NCBI GenBank assembly: GCA_963668695.2
Contig: CAXXLQ010000004.1
Location: 1,408,001-1,472,000 of the forward strand
DNA length: 64,000 nt
Direction: 5' to 3'
Source: Vicinamibacteria bacterium
GTDB taxonomy: Bacteria > Acidobacteriota > Vicinamibacteria > Marinacidobacterales > Marinacidobacteraceae
The notes beneath the pieces are model-generated. The model worked only from the letters and a program-made list of their open reading frames with translations, did not search any database and had not been told where the DNA came from. How positions within the stretch are numbered: position 1 is the stretch's first letter; each line of letters opens with the position of its first letter. Of this stretch, positions 1 to 9,488 are shown one piece after another. A program made the position numbers and the translations under genes.

Positions 1-1332
1 CGCGACGATCGGGTCGAGTTTCGACGCCTGCCGCGCGGGATACCAGCCGAAGAAGACCCCGACTCCCATCGCCAGAATGCCTGCGGCGACGATGGCGGCG
101 GCCGGAATCAGCGTTCGCCACCCGAACAGTTGTTCGACGACCGCCGACGACAGCCCGCCCAGCGCGACTCCGAAGAGCCCGCCAAGCGCGGCCAGACCCA
201 CCGCCTCGGCGAGGAATTGCCACATCACGTCGCGACGCCGCGCCCCGACCGCCAGCCGCAGCCCGATCTCCCGGGTGCGCTCGGTAACCGCGAGCAGCAT
301 GACGTTCATGATCCCGACGCCGCCCACGATGAGGGAGACCCCGGCGAGCGCTCCGAGCAGGAGGGTCATCGTCGAGGTTGCGCGGGTCAGCGTGCCCACC
401 ATCTCCTCGGAGGTGACCTCGTCCAATTTGGGCATGGAAGCGAGTACGAACGCGGCCGCTGTCGTGTAGAGCCCCTGCGTCAGCGCCGCCGCCGCCTGGG
501 TGCGCACGACGAAATCATCCGGCAGGCGCGACCCCCGCCGGAACGCGTGCGGAGCGCCTGACAGTGCGGGCGGCGTAGCGCGGGTCAGTTCGTGTCGCTC
601 GCGGAGCAGGTTGGCCACGTTGCGACCCACCCGGGAGGCGTCGCCGGCCCGTTCGGTGGCGATGGCAACCGCCTGCAGATAGGTGCGCCCGACGATATCG
701 ACGAGAACGGTGTGAGGGACCATCGCGGCCTCGGCGAGCTTCCGGTCGGAAGATTGGTAGATCCCGACCACCTCAAACTCCCGTTCCCGGATCACCACCG
801 TCCGGCCCACCCCGGAGCGTCCGGGGAAGAGCTCAGCTTCCACTGGTGAGGAGAGGAGCACGACCGCGCGTCGATCCCGGACGTCGGCGGCGGTGAAGTT
901 CTCCCCGTCCTGGAACCGCACCTGGTAGATCCGAGGCCCCTCGGCGGAAGCCCCGTGAATCTGGGCGAACGAATCTCCGGTATCGGAAACGAGTCCCGTC
1001 CGCTCCTCCACTACCGGACTCACCATCGCCACATCCGCAATGTTCCGGATCGCTTCCGCGTCTTCCGCAGTCAAGGTGTCGGCCCGGCCGAAACCCGATG
1101 GAATGTTTACCGCGTCACCCCCGCGAATGTAATTGCCGGCCCGCACGATGATGATGTTGGTGCCGGCGGAACGCACATCGTCGGCGACGGCAGCGCGCGC
1201 TCCCGACGCGAGCGCGGCCATGGTGATGACCGAGGCGACGCCGATCACCAGCCCGATCAGAGCGAGCGCGGTCCGCAGCGGATTGGCGGCGAGGGCTGCC
1301 CCGGCGGTCCGAAGAGGGAGAGGCGCTTCCAC
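1..1332 (-). CDS. MacB/FtsX-family ABC transporter permease (3' end runs off the window)
   Basis: Manually translated minus frame, absent from the ORF track because there is no stop in the window: N-term NPLRTALALIGLVIGVASVITM, C-term GGVGIMNVMLLAVTERTREIGLRLAVGA..FFGWYPARQASKLDPIVA. GTG at 1332 is the first start after an in-frame TAG. Confidence 0.9.
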   Translation of the reverse strand, partial: MEAPLPLRTAGAALAANPLRTALALIGLVIGVASVITMAALASGARAAVADDVRSAGTNIIIVRAGNYIRGGDAVNIPSGFGRADTLTAEDAEAIRNIADVAMVSPVVEERTGLVSDTGDSFAQIHGASAEGPRIYQVRFQDGENFTAADVRDRRAVVLLSSPVEAELFPGRSGVGRTVVIREREFEVVGIYQSSDRKLAEAAMVPHTVLVDIVGRTYLQAVAIATERAGDASRVGRNVANLLRERHELTRATPPALSGAPHAFRRGSRLPDDFVVRTQAAAALTQGLYTTAAAFVLASMPKLDEVTSEEMVGTLTRATSTMTLLLGALAGVSLIVGGVGIMNVMLLAVTERTREIGLRLAVGARRRDVMWQFLAEAVGLAALGGLFGVALGGLSSAVVEQLFGWRTLIPAAAIVAAGILAMGVGVFFGWYPARQASKLDPIVA

Positions 1333-1662
1333 GAGATGCGGAGTCTAAGCGTGCTCGGGACCTGGGCCTGTCGCGGTGTGACCATCACCTGAAATCGTGG
1401 TGGTCCATTCGGCGTGCCGACCGTCTTCCTCGAACGGTCCGGATCGTCTAAAGGGACATCTCTCCAGTCCTTTTGGGCCCGCCGCGGTAGTTTCGAGAGT
1501 CTCGTGGGTTGACAGGAGGCTACGAGATTCAAGAGAATTGGCCGTTCGCCTCCAATAAATCGAATCTGGAGGCGGGTTTTCTGAATGCCGCTACCCTCAG
1601 GTGCGAACGTAAGGAACCCACATAGAACGACTTAGACAGAGAAAAGCTTCGATCGGCGCCTC

Positions 1663-1677
1663 TGGTCCGACCGTTGC
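1663..1677 (+). promoter_or_regulatory. Putative sigma54 -24/-12 promoter of TBDR1
   Basis: TGGTCCGACCGTTGC fits TGG-N8-TTGC spacing, about 60 bp upstream of ATG 1740. Confidence 0.55.
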
Positions 1678-1739
1678 GCTTCTTAACTGACATCTTTTCC
1701 CTTATCCATGCTTCCGAGCTCCAAGGAGGACCAAGCAGC

Positions 1740-4649
1740 ATGAGGAAACTCATTCTCTTTACGCTGCTGGTGGCGTGGCCGACTTCGGCCCTGTCCCAGC
1801 AGATCTACGGACGCCTTGAGGGCGCCGCGAACGACGCCCAAGGCCTCGTCCTTCCCGGAGCGACGGTCACCCTCGAGTCCACAGAACTCGTTGCGGCCCG
1901 GACGGCCACGACCGACGTGGACGGCTCCTATCGGTTCGCGCAGCTCGTCGCCGGCAGCTACACCATGACCTTCGAATTGGGCGGTTTCCAGACCGTTATC
2001 TTCGAAGAGATCACTGTGGTTGGCGGTTCGACCTTCGAAATCAACTCCACGATGGACATCGCGACGGTCGCCGAGACCGTGACTGTGACCGGTGAATCTC
2101 CGGTCGTGGATGTGAAGTCCACCGGTGTGTCGGCCACCTTCGACACCACCCAGCTCGAGGATGTCCCGTCGGCCACCGACATGTGGGCGGTCCTCCAGCA
2201 GAGTCCGGGCGTGCGGATGCGCGGTTACGATGTGGGCGGTTCCCACAAGAGCCAGCAGTCCGGCTACGAGACCTTCGGTGTCCGCGGCCAGAACCGCATC
2301 ATCAACGACGGGGTGAACTCCACCGAGGGCACCGGCGGCGCCGGCGGGTACTACGACTTCTACGCGATCGGCGAGTTCCAGGTGTCCGCGCAGGGCGCGG
2401 ATGTGGAGATGTCCACGCCGGGCGCCCAGGTGAACGCGGTCTGGAAGAGCGGCGGTAACGATTTCTCCGGGACCGAGCACTTCGCCTACGAGCCGACCGA
2501 CTGGATCGCCGACAACATCACCTCCGACCTCTCGGGTCGCGGCGGCACGTCCGCCCCGGTGGTCGAGTTCTACGAGGCCCACATTGACGTCGGGGGACCC
2601 ATCGTCCGCGACAAGGCCTGGTTCTACGCCTCCTATAACCGGTTCGTCATTGACCGGGTGATTTCCGGCGTGGACCGCAACGAAGCGACCGATCTCGGCG
2701 ACTTCGACATGTTCACGGTAAAGATGAACTACCAGATGACCGAACGGGATCAGTTCATCACCATGCACCACTGGTCACTCAAACAGAAGCCTTTTCGGGG
2801 ACTCTCCTCGAACGTTCCGGCGGGATCCATCCTCGCGCAGGATTCGTGGAGTTGGCTCCACAAGTTCGAGTGGCAGCGGGTCTGGAGTGATCGCCTCTAC
2901 AGCAACATCCAGGTGAACCACTTCGGATTCGGCTGGCCGATGACCCCGAACTCGGATCCGGCGACGGCCCCGCCCCGCGTCGATGTCGGAACCGGGAACC
3001 GGGCCGGGGCTGGTTGGCGGCCGTTCACCTTCAACCGGTGGAAGCCGCATACCACCGGCCAGTTCAACTACTACCTGCCGACCGAGTCCGGGAGCCACGA
3101 CCTCAAGTTCGGCTGGGATTGGCAGATTGATGAAGAGCAGTTCGGCTGGAACGCCAACTCGGGCGCCGTGCGCTATCTCGACAACAGCTCCCAGGATCCG
3201 GCTCGTCCGCACAATGTGGATGAGATCCACTTCGCGGGCGTTCCGAACTTCAACTACGACCGAAACACCCACCTTGATCTCTATGTTCAGGATGTGTGGA
3301 CCCTCAGCGACCGGTTGACGGTCAACATCGGCCTGCGCATCGGAAGTCAGGCCCACGGCTACCTCGGGTCCAACAACGTCCCCGGCGGTCCTTGTGACGC
3401 TGCGCTCGGTTGCATCCACGAGATCGCCGACATCGACGCAAATGTCGCTGGCGCGTTGCCGCTTCTGTTCGGATCAGGCGCGGAGATTCCCGCCGGCGAT
3501 GTGACTAGCTGGTGGAACTTCGCCCCACGCGTCGGATTCACCTACGATCTTACCGGCGAGGGCCGCTCGGTCCTGAAGGGCTACTACGGCCGCTACTACC
3601 ACAACATGAACAGCGCGCTGGATAGCGCAAACCCCGGGGGCAACAAGAGTGTGAACTATGCGTTCCTTGATCAGAACCAGAACGGTCTCTTCGACGGTGT
3701 TTCGGAACTGGGCGAGCGCCTGGGCGGTAGCACTGGCGCTGGGCTCGGCGTAGAGCGGGGGACGCCCGTCGGCGATCCTGTGGACCCCAATCTGTGGATT
3801 CCTTATGTCGACGAAATCAGCGTCTCGGGTGAGCACCAGATCGGCAACGACCTCGGCCTGCGGGTTTCGCTGGTTCACAAGCGGCAGACCGGCGGCTGGG
3901 GCCAGGCCCTCAACATCGCCCGGATCGGAACGCTTTCGAACGTGCAGCAGATTCCGTGTCCGGCGGCCTGCGAATCGGCCGGATTTGGTGGCACCACGAT
4001 TACCGTCAACGGCTTGCCAGACGGCGCGTCGACGAGCGAGAACCTCTCCACGAACTGGCCGAACGAGGACTCCGCATTCAACTGGACGACGGTCTCCCTG
4101 GGCGTCAACCGCCGGTTCCGCAACAACTTCTTCTGGAACGCCTACTTCGACTACCAGTGGCGACATGAAGGCCGGCGGCCACGCAGCGTAAGTACAAGCC
4201 CGCTAACCACGGATCCGATCGGTGTCGGTCCGGACTACAAGTACGGTGCGATCCCGCTCATTCAGGATGTGACGAACTGGCAGTTCAAGGCGGCCGGGCG
4301 GTATGTCATGGGGTACGACATCGGCACGGCAGCGACACTCCGCTTCGTCAGCGGTTTCCCATGGGCTCCTCGGCTTCCGGTCGCCGTTCCGAATGTCGGA
4401 ACACAGATGATCTTCCTCGACAACATGAACAACCGGCGCTCGGACACCGTAACGATCCTCGACTTCCGCGTGGACAAGGAAGTGGCCCTCGGCAACAGTG
4501 CGAACATCCAGTTCATCTTCGACCTCTACAACGCCCTGAACAATGCGTCGGAGACAAACTTCACAATGGTCGCCGGAAGCAACTTCCGCAACACCATCGA
4601 GTGGATCCAGGGCCGCACCATCGGTCTTAGCGCCCGCCTGTCCTTCTAG
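1740..4649 (+). CDS. TonB-dependent receptor with N-terminal carboxypeptidase-regulatory-like domain (TBDR1)
   Basis: RBS AGGAGG before ATG 1740; signal peptide; GLVLPGATVT..DGSYRF..ETVTVTGESPVVD; LGGPIVRDKAWFY-type plug/barrel motifs; C-terminal Phe (RLSF). Confidence 0.92.
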   Translation: MRKLILFTLLVAWPTSALSQQIYGRLEGAANDAQGLVLPGATVTLESTELVAARTATTDVDGSYRFAQLVAGSYTMTFELGGFQTVIFEEITVVGGSTFEINSTMDIATVAETVTVTGESPVVDVKSTGVSATFDTTQLEDVPSATDMWAVLQQSPGVRMRGYDVGGSHKSQQSGYETFGVRGQNRIINDGVNSTEGTGGAGGYYDFYAIGEFQVSAQGADVEMSTPGAQVNAVWKSGGNDFSGTEHFAYEPTDWIADNITSDLSGRGGTSAPVVEFYEAHIDVGGPIVRDKAWFYASYNRFVIDRVISGVDRNEATDLGDFDMFTVKMNYQMTERDQFITMHHWSLKQKPFRGLSSNVPAGSILAQDSWSWLHKFEWQRVWSDRLYSNIQVNHFGFGWPMTPNSDPATAPPRVDVGTGNRAGAGWRPFTFNRWKPHTTGQFNYYLPTESGSHDLKFGWDWQIDEEQFGWNANSGAVRYLDNSSQDPARPHNVDEIHFAGVPNFNYDRNTHLDLYVQDVWTLSDRLTVNIGLRIGSQAHGYLGSNNVPGGPCDAALGCIHEIADIDANVAGALPLLFGSGAEIPAGDVTSWWNFAPRVGFTYDLTGEGRSVLKGYYGRYYHNMNSALDSANPGGNKSVNYAFLDQNQNGLFDGVSELGERLGGSTGAGLGVERGTPVGDPVDPNLWIPYVDEISVSGEHQIGNDLGLRVSLVHKRQTGGWGQALNIARIGTLSNVQQIPCPAACESAGFGGTTITVNGLPDGASTSENLSTNWPNEDSAFNWTTVSLGVNRRFRNNFFWNAYFDYQWRHEGRRPRSVSTSPLTTDPIGVGPDYKYGAIPLIQDVTNWQFKAAGRYVMGYDIGTAATLRFVSGFPWAPRLPVAVPNVGTQMIFLDNMNNRRSDTVTILDFRVDKEVALGNSANIQFIFDLYNALNNASETNFTMVAGSNFRNTIEWIQGRTIGLSARLSF

Positions 4650-4673
4650 GATCTCCTAGCTAAAGCACCTTCG

Positions 4674-4711
4674 AGGCCCGCCGCCCTTCGGGGCGGCGGG
4701 CCTTTCGCTTT
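4674..4711 (+). terminator. Rho-independent terminator
   Basis: AGGCCCGCCGCCC-TTCG-GGGCGGCGGGCCT followed by TTCGCTTT, just after the TBDR1 stop. Confidence 0.85.
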
Positions 4712-4867
4712 GGTGGCGGGTGTAGGAGCCGGGCACACACGAGAGGACCGGCCGCTTGTGGTCCGGCTCGGAGGCCACTCCTCGACGCACCTGAAGTCGG
4801 CAAGGGTCCAACCCGCCTGAGTCCGGACCATCCCAACCGGTTAAACTCACCGGTAGGAGTCAGTGAA

Positions 4868-5083
4868 ATGCGAACCATGTCCGTAACCGAACTGCGGTCC
4901 GACTGGGGACGGGTTTCGCGCGAGGTGGAGTTTGGCGCCGTCGTGCGGATCACTCGTCGGGGGCGCCCCATCGCCCGATTGTCATCGGCGACGGCGGTAA
5001 ACGACGAGGAAGCCGGCGAGCGTGGTCGATCGGTCTCGGCTCCTTCCGACTCCGGTTCGAAGCGCCGAGCGGGCGAGAAGTGA
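4868..5083 (+). CDS. Phd/YefM-family antitoxin
   Basis: MRTMSVTELRSDWGRVSREVEFGAVVRITRRGRPIARL, a Phd fold pattern; RBS AGGAG; GTGA overlap with the next gene. Confidence 0.8.
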   Translation: MRTMSVTELRSDWGRVSREVEFGAVVRITRRGRPIARLSSATAVNDEEAGERGRSVSAPSDSGSKRRAGEK

Positions 5084-5331
5084 CACGTCAGATCGGGTCC
5101 ACTGAATTCCAGGCCCGAATCGCCGAGGTGTTGCGCTGGGTCGAAGCCGGCGAGACAGTTCTCATCACCAGACACGGCCGCGTCGCGTTACGCCTCGTCC
5201 CGGAAGAGGACGCCGAGCACGAAGTCCGCTCGCGAGCGATGGACCGATTCGAACAATACCTGTCCCGGAAGAAACGAATTCGCATGACCCTGCCTGAAAT
5301 GCTCGCCGCTCGGCGCGAGGGCCTCTCGTGA
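5080..5331 (+). CDS. Phd/YefM-family antitoxin
   Basis: IGSTEFQARIAEVLRWVEAGETVLITRHGRVALRLVP; C-term ARREG; GTGA overlap with the toxin. Confidence 0.88.
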   Translation: MTRQIGSTEFQARIAEVLRWVEAGETVLITRHGRVALRLVPEEDAEHEVRSRAMDRFEQYLSRKKRIRMTLPEMLAARREGLS

Positions 5332-5744
5332 GGCCGCTGGTGCTCGATGCTTCGATCGTTTGCGCCTGGTTCCTGGAAGACGAGGTGGGGGTGGCCGGAG
5401 TGCGCGAACGTCTCCGGCGCGAGAGCGGGATCGTGCCGCCTATCTTCCACCTGGAAGTTCGGAACGCTCTGTTGGTGGCGCACCGGCGCGGACGCATCGA
5501 CCGCCAGGATTTGAGGGATCACATCGGGTCGGTTGCCGCACTGCCCCTGCTGACCGACGACGGCCTCGATCTCGGGGGCGTGCTGGAACTGGCGCTGCAG
5601 CGCCAGCTGAGTCTCTACGACGCCGTATATCTGGAACTGGCGAAACGCCGCGCAGCAACGCTCGCCACGCTCGACCGAGCGTTGCTCCGCGCCGCCGCAG
5701 AAGAGCAGATCGCGGTGGTTGAAGTCCCGTCAGCTCTCGCGTGA
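5328..5744 (+). CDS. vapC: VapC-family PIN-domain toxin
   Basis: LVLDASIVCAWFLEDE..HLEVRNAL..LSLYDAVYLELA..LATLD, the PIN acidic residues. Confidence 0.9.
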   Translation: MRPLVLDASIVCAWFLEDEVGVAGVRERLRRESGIVPPIFHLEVRNALLVAHRRGRIDRQDLRDHIGSVAALPLLTDDGLDLGGVLELALQRQLSLYDAVYLELAKRRAATLATLDRALLRAAAEEQIAVVEVPSALA

Positions 5745-5754
5745 GCGGACTCTC

Positions 5755-5978
5755 ATGGGCTCGGAAACGCGTGTCTCTCGATGGGGCGGGATCCTTGCAG
5801 TCCGGATTCCAAGGCAGATTGCCCAAAAAATAGGGATGTTCGCGGAGGCGCCGTGGTCGAGCTGGAGATCCGCAACGACGAGGTGATTCTCCGGAAGCGG
5901 CGCCACGAGCTTAAGGAACTCGTGGCCGGCATCACCGCGGAGCGGAATGGGGACTCTCCTGGGGGCGCTCGTACTTGG
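5755..5978 (+). pseudogene. AbrB/MazE-type antitoxin, frameshifted and hit by an IS at its stop codon
   Basis: Frame 1 MGSETRVSRWGGILAVRIPRQIAQK shifts near the A6 run at about 5825 to frame 2 VRGGAVVELEIRNDEVILRK..LKELVAGIT..TW. The original TGA now lies beyond the IS at 8719-8721. Confidence 0.7.
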
Positions 5979-6143
5979 TGTCAATGGGCTTCGAAAAGTG
6001 GACAGAAATGGGATTTGAAAACTTGACACTTTTGGGATTTGGGGCGGGCTTTCCCGAGGGGTTCTGAAACGACCCGCGAGCGCGTTTGGCGCGGAGGGAG
6101 CGACCGGAGCGAGCGGAGTTCCGCGCCAAACGCGCTCGGCGCC

Positions 6144-7170
6144 TCACGGGGTGACCTCCTCGTCCTCACCGGATCGTGGGGCGGGGTTCTTTCTCGCCGG
6201 GGCCTGATGCAGTGCCCGCGCCAGGTCGCCGCGCTGCCGCATCCGGTAACTGTTCCCCCGGATGTTCACGATGTGGCAGTGGTGGAGCAGCCGATCCAGC
6301 AGCGCCGCCGCCATCACCTCGTCCCCGAGGATCGTCCCCCACTCCTCGAACCCCTTGTTCGAAGTCAGCACCGTGGACGCCCGCTCGTAACAGCCTGTGG
6401 TGAAACCCACGTGAGCGCCGAGACCGGTGAGGCCCAGTTCTCCCGGTGGGGGTCCGGCTGACAAGGCGCGTGAGGGAGGAATACCAGGTGTATTTCGACC
6501 GAAACGCAACGATGAGCGGCGCGAAGCGACGCGGTTCAGCCGGGAGGGATCGCCGGTCGAACGCCGTGTGGGTTTTGCCACAGGCTGTTAACCGCTCGTT
6601 GATGAGCTGGAAGAACAACGTCGCCCCGTTCCGGGTCACCGGCAGGTAGCCGATCTCGTCCACCACCAGCAGCGCGGGGTGGGTGAGGACCCGCAGCCGG
6701 CGCCGCAACTGCCCCTTCGTCTCCGCCTCCTGGAGGGACCCGACCAGATCCCTCAGGGACCCGTAGTACACCCGCCGGCCCCTCTCCGCCGCCCGGATCG
6801 CCAGGCTGATCGCCAGGTGGGTCTTCCCCACCCCCGGAGGACCAAGGAACACCACGTTCTCCTTTCGCCGGAGGAAGTCCAGCTCGTGGAGCGAGTCGAT
6901 CTGCTCCCGGCGCAGGGAGGGCTGGAACGTGAAGTCGAAGTCCGCCAGCCTCTTCACCGCCGGAAGCCGGCTCGAACGCATCGCCGCCTCCAGACGACGG
7001 TTGTTCCGCAGCGCGATCTGTGCTCCCAGCAACTGCTCGATCGCTTCACTCCCACTGAGCGAACCGCTGGCTACCCTCCGGATCACCTCGTCCAGCGCTT
7101 CCAGAGCCCCCGGCATCTTCAGGTCCACCAACTGGCCGCTGATGCGTTCGTGGCGCGATACCGACGTCAT
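6144..7170 (-). pseudogene. istB: IS21 helper ATPase IstB, interrupted by a MITE at 6390-6588
   Basis: Walker A GPPGVGKT, Walker B LLVVDEIGY; LFFQLINER|insert|YERASTVLTSNK..DRLLHH continues in another frame. Confidence 0.9.
6390..6588. mobile_element. Palindromic MITE-like element (family A) inside istB; one 19-nt module
   Basis: TA-ACAGCCTGTGG..CCACAGGCTGT-TA; internal sequence shared with 10 other copies. Confidence 0.85.
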
Positions 7171-8189
7171 CCCCGCGCCTCCCCGAGCCGCCCATACTCC
7201 GCCAAGCTGCGGCGCTCCACCACCACCCGCGGCGTCGATAGCACCTCCGCCGCGGGTTCCGAAGGCACCGACAGCACACCCGAATAGGGACGCTCGGCCA
7301 ACGGCCCCAACAAAAAGCGCTCCCGCTCGAACCGATCCAGCGGAACCTCCTTCAAGGTGCCGCGCACCCAGACGTTGGCCACCGTCTCCAGCCAGTGCAG
7401 CGCCTGATCGTTCAGGTCCTCGTCCGACACGAACTCCCGCCCATAGAAAAACCCGTCCCGGATATAGCGGATCGGACGCTCCACCTTCCCCTTCGTCTGC
7501 GCCCGATACGGCCGGCACGCCCGGATCACGAAGTCGCAGTGCCGCGAGAACCGCGAGAACTCCGCGTTCTTCAGCAACTCCCCCGCCGACGCCCGCCGAT
7601 CCTCGATGATCACCGCCTTCAACTGATCGAACAACAACTCCCAAGGCACCCCGCCGAAATACGCGAACGCCGCCTCCAACCCCCGCATCAGAACTTCCAT
7701 CGTCTGGCGCTCGTAGAACTGGAACCACAACAGCCGGGAATAGCCCAAAACCACCAGCAGCGCATACCGCTTCCCCCACGGCAGCCGAAACTCCGCGAAG
7801 TCCACCTGACCCTGCCGACCCGGAGCCGTCTCGAACCGAACCACCGGTTCCTTCCCAGGCTGCGGGCGAACCTGCCGCACATACCGCTTCACCACGTCAT
7901 AGCCCCCTTGGTAGCCCGACCCCCGTAACTCCCGGAACAGGCGCTCCGACGACAAATCCGGATACTCCGACAATCGGAGCCGCACGATCTCCTGGTACGG
8001 GTCCAGGATCGAGGGCACCCCCGCTCGCGGGCCGTAGGTCAAAGCCCCGGAGCCCCTACCAGCACCATCAGCCGCCGCCCAACGCGTCGCCGTCCGACGG
8101 CTGATCCCAAGATCCCGGCTGATTGCCGCCTTGCTCATCCCCCCCTTCAACAAGGCGCGGAACAGCACCCGTTTCGATATCTCGTGCAT
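7167..8189 (-). CDS. istA: IS21 transposase IstA
   Basis: N-term HTH (MSKAAISRDLGISRRT), RFETAPGRQGQVDF, LLFDQLK, PYRAQTKGKVER; ATGA coupling to istB. Confidence 0.93.
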   Translation of the reverse strand: MHEISKRVLFRALLKGGMSKAAISRDLGISRRTATRWAAADGAGRGSGALTYGPRAGVPSILDPYQEIVRLRLSEYPDLSSERLFRELRGSGYQGGYDVVKRYVRQVRPQPGKEPVVRFETAPGRQGQVDFAEFRLPWGKRYALLVVLGYSRLLWFQFYERQTMEVLMRGLEAAFAYFGGVPWELLFDQLKAVIIEDRRASAGELLKNAEFSRFSRHCDFVIRACRPYRAQTKGKVERPIRYIRDGFFYGREFVSDEDLNDQALHWLETVANVWVRGTLKEVPLDRFERERFLLGPLAERPYSGVLSVPSEPAAEVLSTPRVVVERRSLAEYGRLGEARG

Positions 8190-8348
8190 CACTTCTCCCC
8201 TCTCTGGGGAGCAGCGCCTTGCTCTGGACCCGGCCCGTCGATCAGTCCAAGGCGCACCCTTGGACAAGCTCCGCGCTGCCCGTTCTTCCAAAGCCGAGTG
8301 GGACATTTTGGCCGCCCAAAAGTGGGACTTTTTCAAAGCCCGCCAACA

Positions 8349-8530
8349 CCCGACCGCGAACGCGGACCATAGATCCCCGGCTCCTGACCCGAGGTCGAGC
8401 CTCCTCCAACCGATGCCTTCCAGTTGTAGGCCGTCTGACGACTGATCCCCAACTCCCGGCAGATCGCCGCCGTGCTCACTCCCGCCTGAACCAGGTGGCG
8501 GAAAACCCCGCGTATCGCTTCCCCGTACAC
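8349..8530 (-). pseudogene. istA: Truncated N-terminus of a second, diverged IstA
   Basis: VYGEAIRGVFRHLVQAGVSTAAICRELGISRQTAYNW..YGPR parallels the IstA N-terminus and is cut at the internal IS end (8348). Confidence 0.8.
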
Positions 8531-8787
8531 AGCCTCTTCTCCGTGCAAAGAGCAGCGACCAACCCCAGGCCCGACTCCAGCTCCCGGAACCCCGCCACCT
8601 CGTCCCGGGCGCCCCGCTAACTCAATCCGAAGAGCCGAAGACACCATCTTCGCCGACGCGAAGTGTCCACTTCTGCAATCCCACAAATGTCCATTATTCG
8701 AGTCCCGCCGACACTTGGTGAGGCCGTCCGTGGCGCGCGCGTTGTAGCCGGCCGTAGCGGTCTGCTAGGTGGCCTCGGAGCTGCGAA

Positions 8788-9043
8788 TCACAGGGCGTTG
8801 ATCCGGATGAGGTCTTCCAGGCCGGAGAAATCGGCGGGGTTCCGCGTAAATAACGGCAGGCCGTGGGCCAGGGCAGTCGCGGCGATGAGCAGGTCGGCGA
8901 ACCGGCGGCGGCTCGCGCGACCGCTGCCTGGCATCGTCGCATAGAGACGACCGTAGGCCCGGGCGACTTCCCCATCGAGCGGAAGCGGCTCCCAGCTCGA
9001 GGCGGCCCACTGCAAACGGTCCCGTCGGCGGCCGCGCTCCTGC
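8788..9043 (-). pseudogene. 5'-truncated VapC PIN toxin
   Basis: C-terminal half only: LPLDGEVARAYG..ADLLIAATALAHGLPLFTRNPADF; truncated at an IS-like end at 9044. Confidence 0.75.
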
Positions 9044-9205
9044 TGCCAGGCGACACCTAAGACTGGGCCACCTGGCGACATCTAAAACTGGGCCATCCCC
9101 AGTGGTCCGGAAGGGGGCCGAGGGATGAGTGGAGGGGCGTGTACTTCCGTTCTGACGCCGGAGCAGGGCGTCGGGAGGGAAGAGATGCGGACTCTGGAGG
9201 ACGAA
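9044..9205 (+). mobile_element. Probable IS21-family end remnant
   Basis: Begins TG; tandem repeats GGCGACACCTAAGACTGGGCCA / GGCGACATCTAAAACTGGGCCA; then an RBS and a short MRTLED start. Confidence 0.55.
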
Positions 9206-9227
9206 TTCTTACTGGTAAGATTGCGCC

Positions 9228-9488
9228 ATGAACGATGTCATCACTACGAGGCTGTCTTCCAAGGGGCAGGTCGTAATCCCCGAGCCAATCCGTCAGCGGA
9301 TGAGTCTCAAACCGGGTGTGCGGTTTGTTGTCGTGGGTGATGCCGACGCCATTGTGCTGAAGCCGATCACCGCGCCTTCTCTGGATGAATTCAATTCCCT
9401 CATCGCCAAAGCTCGCCGGGCCGCACGTGAAGCGGGTCTCCGCAGATCGGACATTACCGCCGCCATAAAGGCGGTCCGCTCGCGGTGA
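9228..9488 (+). CDS. AbrB/MazE/SpoVT-family antitoxin
   Basis: TTRLSSKGQVVIPEPIRQRMSLKPG; TAAGAT 6 nt before ATG (probably leaderless). Confidence 0.9.
   Translation: MNDVITTRLSSKGQVVIPEPIRQRMSLKPGVRFVVVGDADAIVLKPITAPSLDEFNSLIAKARRAAREAGLRRSDITAAIKAVRSR

Larger units (their letters stand above)
5979..8713 (-). mobile_element. IS21-family element (chimeric/nested) with 5-bp target duplication CTTGG
   Basis: TG..CA ends with internal repeats (TGTCAATGGGCTTCGAAAAGTGGACA at 5979; ..CCCGCCGACA at 8713); CTTGG at 5974-5978 and 8714-8718; a second internal IS end finishes at 8348. Confidence 0.88.

Noticed and set aside
77-1392. Plus-strand ORFs in the track
   Set aside because: Antisense shadows of the minus-strand MacB-type permease
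6166-7779. 537-aa ORF
   Set aside because: Artefact: alternate frame of istA plus the istB N-half plus MITE read-through
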